Part shown: positions 53,988 through 64,000 of the stretch, in pieces
How the letters are laid out: each line of letters starts with the position of its first letter
Numbering within the stretch: the first letter of the stretch is position 1
Origin: an uncultured bacterium
GTDB lineage: Bacteria; Actinomycetota; Acidimicrobiia; Spongiisociales; UBA5794
NCBI GenBank assembly: GCA_963844835.1
Contig: CAWJPT010000002.1
Coordinates: forward strand, 58,009-122,008
Direction of reading: 5' to 3'
DNA length: 64,000 nucleotides
The notes under the pieces: generated by a model
Seen by the model: the letters and a program-made list of their open reading frames with translations, nothing else
Database searches by the model: none
What the model was told of the DNA's origin: nothing
Translations under genes and position numbers: made by a program

Positions 53988-54593
53988 CTACTTGGCTCGC
54001 TTGGCCAACTCGGCAACCACCTCGGACGCGGGGATATTCCGCTCCGCCAGGAGCGCGAGCAGGTGATAGAGGACATCGGCTGCTTCTTCCACGACACGAA
54101 TACGCTCGTCCCCGTTTGCGTGATTCTTGGCTGCGATCAGCGTCTCAGTTGCCTCCTCCACCAGCTTGCGACCGGTCAAATCTGGTCCCGCCTCTGCCAG
54201 CTGCACCGTGTATGAGCCGGGTATCGGGTTGGCAATGCGATCGGTGATGGTGGACCACAGGCTCTCGAGCGCCGCAAACCCCTGGCCGGGTGGCTCATCG
54301 CTGAAACAGGTGGTCGACCCGGTATGACACGTTGGCCCTTCCGGGACGGCCTCGATGAGCAGTGCGTCGCCGTCGCAGTCTTCGCGGATCGAGACCAGGT
54401 CGAGATAGTTGCCGCTGGTCGCACCCTTCTCCCAAAGCTCGCTTCGGGACCGGCTCCAGAAGTGCACGTGCCCCGTCTCCCTGGTCAGGGCGAGACTCTG
54501 CTCGTTGAGATAGCCGACCATGAGGACCGCGCCGGTGCCGGCATCCTGGACCACACCGACGATGAGGCCGTTGTCATCGAAGTGGATTGTCAT
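53988..54593 (-). CDS. hisIE: Bifunctional phosphoribosyl-AMP cyclohydrolase/phosphoribosyl-ATP pyrophosphatase
   Basis: '[16 protein letters not shown]', 'DCDGDA', 'CHTG', 'EAADVLYH'. Confidence 0.93.
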   Translation of the reverse strand: MTIHFDDNGLIVGVVQDAGTGAVLMVGYLNEQSLALTRETGHVHFWSRSRSELWEKGATSGNYLDLVSIREDCDGDALLIEAVPEGPTCHTGSTTCFSDEPPGQGFAALESLWSTITDRIANPIPGSYTVQLAEAGPDLTGRKLVEEATETLIAAKNHANGDERIRVVEEAADVLYHLLALLAERNIPASEVVAELAKRAK

Positions 54594-55354
54594 CGTGTCG
54601 TCCTCGCCGGGATTCCTGCCGCAGCCAGTCCCTCCTTGAGATCTTCGATCTCGATCTCCTTGCGGTGGAAGATCGATGCGGCCAGCACTGCATCGGCACG
54701 TCCTTCCTCGAGGGCTTCGACGCAGTGGGCGATCGTGCCTGCGCCTCCCGAGGCGATCACCGGCACCGACACCGCACGCCGCACCGCCTCGAGCAGCGGT
54801 AGGTCATACCCATTCTTGGTGCCGTCCCGATCCATCGACGTGAGCAGGATCTCCCCGGCACCACGGGAGACGGCCTCGGTGATCCAGGCAACGGCGTCAT
54901 TCCCGGTCGGGGTGCGGCCACCGTGGATATACACCTCCCATTGATCAATGCCAACCTGCTTGGCGTCGACGGCGAGGACAACACACTGGGCGCCGAAGGC
55001 AGCGGCGCATTCGTTGATCAGCTGTGGATTGAGCACGGCCGCGGTATTGACCGACACCTTGTCCGCACCGGCCCGTAAAGCCGCCCGCATATCGGCAACG
55101 CTGCGTACCCCGCCCCCGACTGTGAGCGGCACGAAGACATGCTCGGCGGTGCGGCGGACTACGTCGAGCATGGTGTCACGGTTGTCGCTGGAAGCAGTGA
55201 TGTCGAGGAAACAGATCTCATCTGCACCTTCGGCGACATAGCGTTCGGCTAGCTCGACGGGGTCTCCCTCATCGGTCAGATTCACGAAGTTGACGCCCTT
55301 GACTACCCGGCCTTCCGTGACATCGAGACACGGGATAACGCGCTTACGCAGCAT
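54590..55354 (-). CDS. hisF: Imidazole glycerol phosphate synthase cyclase subunit
   Basis: 'RVIPCLDV', 'VVKGVNF', '[13 protein letters not shown]'. Confidence 0.96.
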   Translation of the reverse strand: MLRKRVIPCLDVTEGRVVKGVNFVNLTDEGDPVELAERYVAEGADEICFLDITASSDNRDTMLDVVRRTAEHVFVPLTVGGGVRSVADMRAALRAGADKVSVNTAAVLNPQLINECAAAFGAQCVVLAVDAKQVGIDQWEVYIHGGRTPTGNDAVAWITEAVSRGAGEILLTSMDRDGTKNGYDLPLLEAVRRAVSVPVIASGGAGTIAHCVEALEEGRADAVLAASIFHRKEIEIEDLKEGLAAAGIPARTTR

Positions 55355-55958
55355 CGGACGCCTCCTCACACTCGGCGACGAAGTTCGCCAACATTCGCAG
55401 CCCCGCCGCACCCGATCGCTCCGGATGGAACTGGACGCCGATTCGATTGCCTACCCGGGCGCCCGCAACGAACGGCTTGCCGTACTCGGTGGTCGCCACC
55501 ACCACGCTTTCATCTTCCGGTACACCGGCAAATGAGTGGACGAAGTAGAAGGTGGCATCAGGGTCAATACCAGCAAAGATCGGGTCGGGGCCGAAGGTAA
55601 CGTCGTTCCATCCGATGTGGGGGAGCAGCGGTGCTCCCTCGAGCAGCTTCACCCGACCGGGGATGATTCCCAGAGCGTCGGTGCCGTCCTCCTCGGAATG
55701 ATCGAAGAACAACTGGAGGCCGACGCAGATACCGAGCAGGGGCTTCTCCCAATCACGCAGTGGCCCAACGAGCCCTGCCTTCAGGAGTCGATCCATGGCG
55801 GCTCCTGTGGTGCCGACCCCGGGGAGCACGATGCCGGCGGCGTCGCCGATGTCACCCGGATTGTCCACGACATCCACTGTGGCGCCGGCGCGGCTCAGGC
55901 CCTGGGCGATCGACACCAGGTTGCCTGCTCCGTGATCGATGACGACGATTCGGGTCAT
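55344..55958 (-). CDS. hisH: Imidazole glycerol phosphate synthase glutamine amidotransferase subunit
   Basis: 'GAGNL', 'LGICVGLQ', 'PHIGWN', 'QFHPERS'. Confidence 0.95.
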   Translation of the reverse strand: MTRIVVIDHGAGNLVSIAQGLSRAGATVDVVDNPGDIGDAAGIVLPGVGTTGAAMDRLLKAGLVGPLRDWEKPLLGICVGLQLFFDHSEEDGTDALGIIPGRVKLLEGAPLLPHIGWNDVTFGPDPIFAGIDPDATFYFVHSFAGVPEDESVVVATTEYGKPFVAGARVGNRIGVQFHPERSGAAGLRMLANFVAECEEASDAA

Positions 55959-56539
55959 GTCGAGCCCTTGGTGGAGGCGAGACCGCTGCGGCGAGGATCG
56001 ATCTCGACGGCGGTGCGCACGGCATAGGCGAGCGCCTTGAAGGCGGCCTCGGCGATGTGATGATCGTTGCGCCCCGTTGCGGTGATGTGCAAGGTACAAC
56101 CTGCGGTCCTTGCGAACGCTTCGAGTGCGTGGGGAATCATCTGGGTGCCGAGAGCGCCCATGCGCTCGGTGGTGAAAGGCAGATCGATCACGGCGTAGGG
56201 GCGGCCCCCGATGTCGACGACGGCGGTGGCGATCGCCTCGTCCATCGGTATCGTCGCCGTCCCGTAGCGACGGATACCGGCCCGATCGCCGAGCGCCTCG
56301 GCAAACGCCGATCCCAGAACGAGCGCAGTGTCCTCGACGGTGTGGTGCTCGTCGACATGGAGGTCACCCTTGGTCGTGATGCTGAGGTCGAAGAGACCGT
56401 GGTGCCCGAAGGCCGTGAGCATGTGGTCGTAGAAGCCGACGCCCGTGCTCACCGAGACCTCGCCGCTGCCGTCGAGGTCGAGGGTGATGGAGACATCGGT
56501 TTCGAGCGTGTTGCGCTCGACGGACGCCGTTCTGGTCAT
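55955..56539 (-). CDS. hisB: Imidazoleglycerol-phosphate dehydratase
   Basis: 'DHML', 'DEHHTVED', 'NDHHIAEAAFKA'. Confidence 0.96.
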   Translation of the reverse strand: MTRTASVERNTLETDVSITLDLDGSGEVSVSTGVGFYDHMLTAFGHHGLFDLSITTKGDLHVDEHHTVEDTALVLGSAFAEALGDRAGIRRYGTATIPMDEAIATAVVDIGGRPYAVIDLPFTTERMGALGTQMIPHALEAFARTAGCTLHITATGRNDHHIAEAAFKALAYAVRTAVEIDPRRSGLASTKGST

Positions 56540-57593
56540 GGGAGATACCTTTCGAGTGTCTTGATCAAACGTGAGTTGGCTTCAGCGGAACGAACCGTGA
56601 AGCGGAGATAGCCGGCAAGCGGGCCATCAGCGGCGAACCGTGCGCACCACGAGGCCATGACCCATGAGCTGCTCGCTCAATCGGTGGGCGTCGCTCCCGA
56701 CCTCGCACAGGACGAAGTTGGTCTCAGAGGGAAGTACCCGCAAACCAAGCCGGGCGAGCGCGTCGCCCAGTGACTCTCGCAGTTGCCGGATCTTGCGCAC
56801 ATTTACGGCCATTATCTCGGGTCGTTTCAGAGCAGCGACAGCGATCTCGACGGAGATCGACGAGATGCTGCCGGGGGGTCGAATCCCGTCGACGGCTGCA
56901 ACCAGGCTGGGGTGAGCCATCGCATATCCGACTCGTGCCCCTGCTATCCCGAACGCCTTCGAAAGGGTTCGCAATACCATGGCGTTGTGATGACGGTCGA
57001 CGAGGTTCGACCAGTCGCTGTCTCCAAACTCTGCGTAGGCGGCATCCACGACAACAAGCCCGTCTGTCGCCGCGATCAGGGCCTCCACGGCGTCGGGGGC
57101 CACTGCATTCCCGATGGGGTTGCTGGGCGCGCACACCCAAACCAGATCGGCATCGCGAGCTGCTCGGATCATCGCGTCGGCGGGATAGGCAAACTCGGGG
57201 GCGGCAGCGGGCACCGGCTGGAACACCGCCCCGACCTGTGCCGTCGCGATTTCATAGAGCGGATACGTTGGCGTTGCCGCCACGGCCGTGTCGCCCCGAT
57301 CCGAGAAAGGCGCGGGCGGCGAGCAGGATCAGCTCGTCGACACCTGCGCCAGGGACGATCTGGTCGGGTTGCAGACCGGTCAGTTCGGCCGCAGCCTCGC
57401 GTATCGGTCTGTAGCTGGCCCCCGGGTACTCGTTGACCCGGCGCAGTGAGTCGGTGGCAATGTCGATCAGCCCAGTCGGTGCGGAATGGCGAGGTGTTGT
57501 GGTCGAAGCTCTCCACCTCATTCGACTCGCAGCCCGGTACGTGGCTGCGATCTCGGCGGTGGTGGGCTGCCACTGGTAGCGCGGGGCGCTCAT
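56536..57593 (-). CDS. hisC: Histidinol-phosphate aminotransferase, frameshifted
   Basis: 'GAGVDELI', 'PSNPIG', 'DAAYAEF', '[15 protein letters not shown]'. Confidence 0.88.
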
Positions 57594-58908
57594 GGCTCTT
57601 CCTCGAACCGAATCTCGGCGGCGAGCTTGTGTGCGGTGAGACCCTCGGCGTCGGCAAGGGCCGCGATGGTGGGACGAAGTGCGGCGAGGCCTTCCTCGGT
57701 CAGCGTCTGCACCTGTCGCCACGAGCCGAAGTCCTCGACACTGAGCGGGCCGTACGCCGCAGCCAGCCCGCCGGTGGGGAGAACGTGGTTGGCTGCCGGT
57801 GGCGTAGTCGCCGGCCGACTCGGGAGCCCAATGGCCGACGAAGACCGACCCGGCCGCGGTGGTGCGCAGCGCGTCTCGCTCCGAGTCTCGAGTGTGCACG
57901 GTGAGGTGCTCGGGGGCGTACTCGTTGGCGAAGGCGATGGCCTCGTCGATGAGTCTCGGTGATGACGATGAGCCCGTGATCGCCGAGTGCGCTCTGTACG
58001 ATCTCGCTGCGCTCGAGCCGGGGGAGGAGCGCGTTGATCTGCTGCGAGCACCGTCGCCGCGAAGCGGCATCGGCGAGTGACGAGGGCCACCGGCGATTCC
58101 GGGCCGTGCTCGGCCTGGCACATCATGTCGGCGGCGATGATCCGCGGATCGGCGGATCGTCGGCGAGCACGAGGGCCTCGCTGGGGCCGGCGGGCAGGTC
58201 GACCCCGGTGTCACCGTAGACGGCGAGCTTGGCCGGCGGTGACCCAGGCGTTGCCGGGCCCGACGATCTTCTCGACGGGACGGATCGTCTCGGTGCCGTA
58301 GGCGAGCGCGCCGACCGCCTGGGCGCCTCCGGTGATGTAGACCTCGTCGACGCCGAGCATCGCCGGCTGCTGCCAGCATCGCCTGCGAGACATTGCCGCT
58401 CTCGTCGGCGGGGCTGGTCACGACGATCTCCTGCACACCCGCCACCTGTGCGGGGATGACGCCCATCAGCAGGCTCGACGGGTAGGCGGCGCGGCCTCCC
58501 GGGACGTATACGCCGACGCGCCGCAGCGGTGTCCAGCGGCGATCGATACGGACGCCGGGGACCGTCTCGACGGTCTCGTCGACTGGGGTCGCTGCGGGCG
58601 AGTGGGCTCGTCGGATGTTGCTTGCGGCATTCTCCAGGGCGATCCGCACCTCGGGGTCGAGTGTCGCAAGTGCCTCTGGTGAGGCGACGCGGCGTCGACG
58701 CGGAGCGTGCCGTCGGCGTTGCCGCCGCCGTATGCGGCAGTTGGCAGTCGCGCAGCGCCGCATCGCCACCGGTCCGGATCTCGTGTGACGATGGCGGCCG
58801 CGGCAAGTCGCATGCTCAGGGTCGGGGACCGCCGAGCGCTGCAGCACCGCCCGTCTTCTCGGCAGGCGACGAGTCGACGAGGATGATGGTGTTGATCTTC
58901 ATGGTCAT
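57590..58908 (-). CDS. hisD: Histidinol dehydrogenase, multiply frameshifted
   Basis: '[14 protein letters not shown]', '[10 protein letters not shown]', 'PAGPSE', 'QAEHG', 'YAPEHL', 'NHVLPT'. Confidence 0.9.
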
Positions 58909-59759
58909 CGCGATGAGTTGGTCGATGGGCAGTACCAGGATCCCGCTGGCCCCTGCTTCCTTCAGCTCGGGGAGTACCCGGCCGAGTCGGGCCGAGTCGA
59001 CTACCGAGTGCACCGCAACCATGCCGTCGTGGGCGAATGGGATGACGGTCGGTGCTTCGAAACCGGGGATCAGCTCTTCGATGGTGGCGTACGGCATCGG
59101 CGGGCGCGTTCATCATGACGTAGCGCTTGCGGCGGGCGGCGACGACCGAGCGGATCGGTCACGATCACCTGGCCGATGGTGCCGTTCGATTCCGACATGC
59201 CCGGTCTGCCGACCAGTACCGCCTGTGACTCGAGGATGTCGGCGATGGGCCGGAGGCCGTTGATCAGCATCGTGGAGCCGCTCGAGACCAGATCGACGAC
59301 GGCATCGGCGATGTCGAGCTTTGGGGCAACCTCGACCGATCCGCTCAGCGGCACGGTGGTGACTGCGATGCCCCGTTCGTCGAAGAACCGCTGGGTGGTG
59401 GCTGGATGGGAGGTGGCGATCCGGGCGCCTTCGAGCGCCTCGAGCGAATCGATCTCTGAGATCCGGGGCACGGCGGCGGTGAGCCTGCAGTGGCCGTAGC
59501 CGAGTTGCTCGATGATCTCGAGTTGCTGTCCGCCCTCAGTGAGCAGGTCGATGCCGGTGATGCCGAGGTCGGCGACCCCGTCTGCGACGAACTCGGCGAC
59601 GTCATCGGTGCGCACGAAGAGCACCTCGAGGTCCATGTTGCGCACCGGCACGGCGAGGGCTCGCTCGGTCTTCTCGTACGAGAATCCACCCTGTTCGAGC
59701 ATGGTCGCGGTTGGTTGCTGGAGCCGTCCTTTGTTGGGAACGGCGAGTCGGATGGTCAT
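58905..59759 (-). CDS. hisG: ATP phosphoribosyltransferase (long form), frameshifted
   Basis: 'LAVPNKGRL', 'DLGITG', 'GSVEVAP', 'DLVSSGST', C-terminal 'LKEAGASGILVLPI'. Confidence 0.92.
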
Positions 59760-60076
59760 TGCTTCTCCTGGCCGGTGTGAAGCCGTTGAGGCGATCGAGC
59801 ATTGCTTGGTAGCCGCCCGTCCCGTGTCGCAGCCACTGGTTGATGCGAACGATGGTGGCGGTGGAAACGCCGGTTTCGGTGGCGATCTCACGGTAGGGGC
59901 GGCCCTCGGCGAGCTTGCGCACAACCGCCCAGCGTTGCGACATCTCTTCGAGCTCACGGCGGGTGCACAGGTCGCGGAAGAAGTGCGCCGCGTCCTCCCG
60001 GGTGTCCAGGGAGACGATGGCGTCGAAGAGGGCCGCGGTGGCGTCGTTGCGCCAGTCCTCGGTTTCGCGTCACCAT
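59756..60076 (-). CDS. YerC/YecD (TrpR-related) regulator, frameshifted
   Basis: 'FFRDLCT..ELEEMSQRWAVVRKL..G.PYREIATETGVSTATIVRINQWLRHGTGGY'. Confidence 0.88.
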
Positions 60077-60109
60077 GATCGCCTCCTTTCGCTATCATCG
60101 GCAATATGC

Positions 60110-60134
60110 GCTAGTGTTTTAGCACGTTAGCACA
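60110..60134. promoter_or_regulatory. Candidate YerC/TrpR-type operator in the divergent his promoter
   Basis: GCTAGTGT-TTTAGCAC-GTTAGCAC 8-bp periodic repeats; imperfect palindrome TGTnnTA-N6-TAnnACA. Confidence 0.55.
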
Positions 60135-60160
60135 GAAATACAAAAGTCTGGAGCAAGAGC

Positions 60161-60890
60161 GTGTATGTGATTCCGGCGGTCGACATGCTCGACGGGCAAG
60201 GTGGTTCGGCTGCGCCGCGGCCGGTACGACGACGTCACCGTGTACGGGGACGATCCGGCCCGGCAGCTGCTGCTCGTGGGGCGAGCAGGGTGCCGGATCG
60301 TGCACGTCGTCGATCTGGCCGGTGCCCGGGACGGCACCGGCGATCGGGACACGTGGCGGCGGCTCGGTGAGACCGGGGTGCCCTTCCAGATCGGAGGCGG
60401 TATCCGCACCGTCGCCGCCGCCGAAGCGGCGTCGAGTCGGGTGCCGCCCGGGTGGTGCTCGGCACTGCCGCGGTTTGGGAGCCGGGGACGTGGTCGGCAG
60501 CGATGGTCGCCGCGATCGGTGCCGAGCGGGTCGTGGCGGCGATCGACGTGCGCGCGGGCAAGGCGACCGGCGCCGGATGGCTCGACGAGGGTCGGGAGCT
60601 CGGCGATGTCCTCGCCGACCTCAGCCGCAGCGGGAGTGGTGCGGGCGCTGGCGACCGGGCATCGCAACCGACGGGACGCTTGCCGGGTCCCGACCTCGAG
60701 CTGCTGCGTGCCGTGATCGAGCATGGCGCCCGATCTGGCGCTGATCGCGTCCGGGGGCGTTGGCGGTCCTCGACGACATCGCGGCGGTGGCCGGTCTCGA
60801 ATGTCGAGGCGGCCATCGTCGGTCGAGCTCTCTACGACGGCAGGTTCACATTCCCTGAGGCTCAGGCGGCCGCTCGGCCTCCTCGGATGC
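60161..60890 (+). CDS. hisA: HisA/PriA-type isomerase, multiply frameshifted
   Basis: 'VIPAVDMLDG', 'VHVVDLAGA', 'QIGGGIRT', 'IASGG', 'AIVGRALY'. Confidence 0.85.
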
Positions 60891-62908
60891 TCGCCGGAGA
60901 TCGTCCCTCAGCCGTTCTGTCCCGGAGATGGCTGATCGCCGCGTCGAGGTCGGCGCTGGTGACAGCAAGAGCGCTCGAATCTCTGCGCAACGCACCAAGC
61001 GCTGCCTCACGGAGCAGACCGGAGAGGTCGGCGAACGACATACCGTCGGTGCTTCTCGATGAGCTCCTCGACGTCGACGTCTTCGGCGAGCGGGACATCG
61101 GAGATGTCGAAGAACGCCCGTCGTGACTCCGGACGCGGGCAGCCCCAGGAACAGGTGGGTCTCGAGGCGCCCCGGTCGAAGCAGCGCCGGATCGACCAGG
61201 TCGCGGCGGTTGGTGGCTCCGATGGCGAACACGTCGCCACGGTCGGCGACGCCGTCGAGCTCGGTGAGCAGGGCCGCCACCACCGAGTCGGTCACCGAGT
61301 TGGTCGAGTTGCCGCGCACCGGGGCGAGTGCGTCGATCTCGTCGAAGAAGAGGATCGATGGGGCCACAGCACGTGCCCTGGCGAACACCTCCCGCACCGC
61401 CCTCTCCGACTCACCCACGTACTTGTCGAGCAGCTCGGCGCCCTTGATGGGGAAGAAGGCGGCGCCGCTCTCGTGGGCGAGGGCACGGATCACAAACGTC
61501 TTGCCGGTCCCCGGTGGCCCGTACAGCAGGATCCCGCGTGGTGGCTCGATGCCGAGCCTGGTGAAGCGCTCCGGTTCCTTCATCTGCCAGATCACCGATT
61601 CGGTGAGGCGTTGCTTCACCTCCTCGAGATTGGCGACCCGTTCGAAGCCGTAGCTGGGCATCTCCCCAAGCGATGCTGTGCCCAGCGACGGTGTCGTCTC
61701 CTCGATCGCCCTTCCCAGCAGCTCGACCGGTGACCACGCCACCGTCCTGGGCCACCAGGGCCGATGCGTGCACAACGGCGGCCAGCACGTCCGCACCGGA
61801 GAATCCGGCGGTGCGGGCTGCGAGTGCGCCGTAGTCGATGTCGGCATTGGGGACCTTGGCCAGAGCTGCCTCGAACAGCAGCGCGCGCCGCTCCAGGTCG
61901 GGCGGCGGGATCGTGAGCGTCCTCGGCAGGAACGCCGACTTGGCGACTGCCTCAGGCAGACGTGACACCGCGGAGACACCGAGGACACAGGCGAGGCGCG
62001 GGCGCTCGGCAACGGCATCGAGGAACCAGCGCATGATGGCGGCCACCTGGTTGCGGAACAGGGCGTCATCGCCGACGACGGCATCGAGCCTGTCGAGGAA
62101 GATCACCGCGGGGCGAGCTGGGTTGTTGACCGCCTTCTCCAGCAGCTCGAGCAACTTCTGCGGCTTGAACACCAGCTCCAGGGATACCTCGCGTACCGGG
62201 GTGCCGACTGCGTCGGCGGCCGCGGCAACGATCTCGGACTTGCCGCAACCGGCCGGGCCCTCCAGCAACACCCCGGCTACCTTGGGCAGATCCCCAGGCT
62301 TCGGGGAGGTCAACCTCCGAGGTGAGCAGCGACAGCCAGCCGGTCATCACCTCGACCTCGGTCTGCGAGGCCGGCGAGCAGCGCTCGTGCCGTGGTCAGC
62401 TCCTCACCCGACGGCGCCCCGGCGGGTTGGGCGACTACGTCCTCCGTGTCTTCGCCGGTTTCGTGAACGACAGTTGCGCTGCCGACGACTGCGTGCGGTC
62501 CCGGGGTCACCGCGGTGATCCTGGACTTCGACACCCTGGGCGGTCGCTGTCCTTTCCGTAGCCGACCTTGACGGCGACCCGATCACCTTCGGAGACGGGT
62601 ATACCCTGTAGCGACCGTGCCAGGTGCCGGGCGTCGATCTCAATGTCGATCGGGGAGATGACAACGCGGCGTGCCGGCGGCAGCAGAGCACGCTTCACGT
62701 CGACGGTGTCGCCAACGGAGACGGATGCATTGGCCATAGTGAGTTCGCCGAGCATGATCGCGGTCGGGGATGACGTCTCTCCCGGGCTCACCATCACATG
62801 GGTCTTCCCGAGGGACACGATGCCACCGCCCGGGAGGCCGAGTGCGGTGAGCAGTGACGGATCTGCCTTGCCGACCGGGTCTGTTCCCTTGCGCACGATG
62901 AATTTCAT
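60860..62908 (-). CDS. Cdc48/VCP-like AAA+ ATPase with two AAA modules, frameshifted; 3' end approximate
   Basis: D1 'GPAGCGKS'; D2 'GPPGTGKT', 'FFDEID', 'ATNRRDLVDPALLRPGRL'. Confidence 0.85.
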
Positions 62909-62958
62909 GGCAGCAGGGTAATCCGAGCCGCGTGCCGGCAGGGGAGGGCCGTCTCTGG

Positions 62959-64000
62959 TCACGCTCCCAGTGACGACAGCACCGGCACCGGCTCACGTGG
63001 GGTCGCCAGGGGCCGGGTGGACTCGACGATGCGCACCCCGGGGCGATCAAGCCACCGCCACAGCAAGCGAGCCTCCTCGGCATCCGCTACCGAGGCGGGG
63101 ACGTCGGCTGGGTCGATCGGCGCCGAACTGGTGGCAGCGCAGCGGAGATTGTTGCGACTGGCGTCCAGGACGCGATCAGCCTGCCGTTCTCGATGAGGAC
63201 GCTGTCGCCTGACCCATCCTCCGCCCACAGCATCCCGGCGCCGCGCAGCACCAGCCAATTGCGACGATCCTCGAGCGCGCGGCGTCAGCGCGCGATGCCG
63301 ATCCCGTAGCTCGGCCGCCTCTTCGAACCGGGCCGTGCGAGCGTACTCCCGGATTCTGGTGACCAGCGGCTCGAGCAGGGCGGCGGGCTCGGCCTCCACG
63401 CCATGTCGTAGACGCTGCACCACGGATCGGTATTCGGCATGGCCGACGGTCCCGTCGCACGGGCACAAGGCAACGCCCAGCTGGGCGAACGTGCACGCAG
63501 GGCTCTTTTGCCGGACCTCGTGTTGCAGCGCCTGATCGGTACCGCGTCCCACAAGGCATGGACCACCGTGGTTGCCGTGCGCCGGCTGCGGAATGGCCCG
63601 AGGTAGAGGCAGCCGTCGTCGCGTCTGGTGCGCACCACCGACAGCCTCGGGAACTCTTCGGCGGTCAGCTTGACGTACTGCGGGGAGCGTGGGGGGCGAG
63701 ATCTACGGTTGTACCGGGGCGCATTGCCGTGGATCATGCGCAACTCGGTGACTTCGGCTTCGATCTCGGTTTGACACACGATGTGGTCGATGGCGGCGAG
63801 ATCTCGCAGCATCTGTGCCACCGAGCTCCTGCTGTCGCCGTAGAAGTAGGAGCGGACCCTGGTGCGCAGGTTCTTCGCCTTGCCGACGTAGATCACGTTG
63901 CCGTCGCGGTCCCGGAACATGTAGACGCCGGGCCGTCGCGGCAGAGCCTTCGTGAGCTCGATCTTCGAGTAGTGCGGCGAGCCCTTTGCGGTAGGCAGCC
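62959..64000 (-). CDS. GIY-YIG/UvrC-like nuclease (probably the C-terminal part of a DEDD exonuclease fusion); 5' part off-window
   Basis: 'PGVYMFRD..G.VIYVGKAKNLRTRVRSYF', UVR motif 'RFEEAAELRDR'. Confidence 0.85.

Noticed and set aside
56536-60890. Programmed frameshifting or pseudogenization of the his genes
   Set aside because: Numerous scattered indels without slippery sites, while catalytic motifs are conserved; best explained as sequencing error

Overview
GC-rich actinobacterial chromosome segment, most consistent with Acidimicrobiia (WhiB, F420-dependent enzymes, PspC-type two-component system, a 'GCNPP..FCP...TRGQMA' SLH protein). Housekeeping content: treS/maltokinase, pckA, tdh-kbl, LigD polymerase domain, msrA, ppk2, rnpB, an sqr-DUF1641-tusE-dsrE-DUF302 sulfur cluster, trpD and a his operon headed by a YerC/TrpR-like regulator. 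Many conserved genes are split by single-base indels, probably long-read assembly errors, so several coordinates are reconstructed and approximate. Main accessory feature: a ~7.4 kb element integrated in tRNA-Val(TAC) (48-bp att duplication at 18497-18544 and 25916-25963). It has a phage-satellite/PICI-like layout: integrase, divergent repressor/excisionase, AAA helicase with iteron-like repeats, HNH next to a cos-like motif, no recognisable virion genes, and a proteasome-like Ntn cargo gene. A second highlight is a probable selenoprotein lipoprotein redoxin (UxxC, in-frame TGA with a downstream hairpin) that the ORF track splits.
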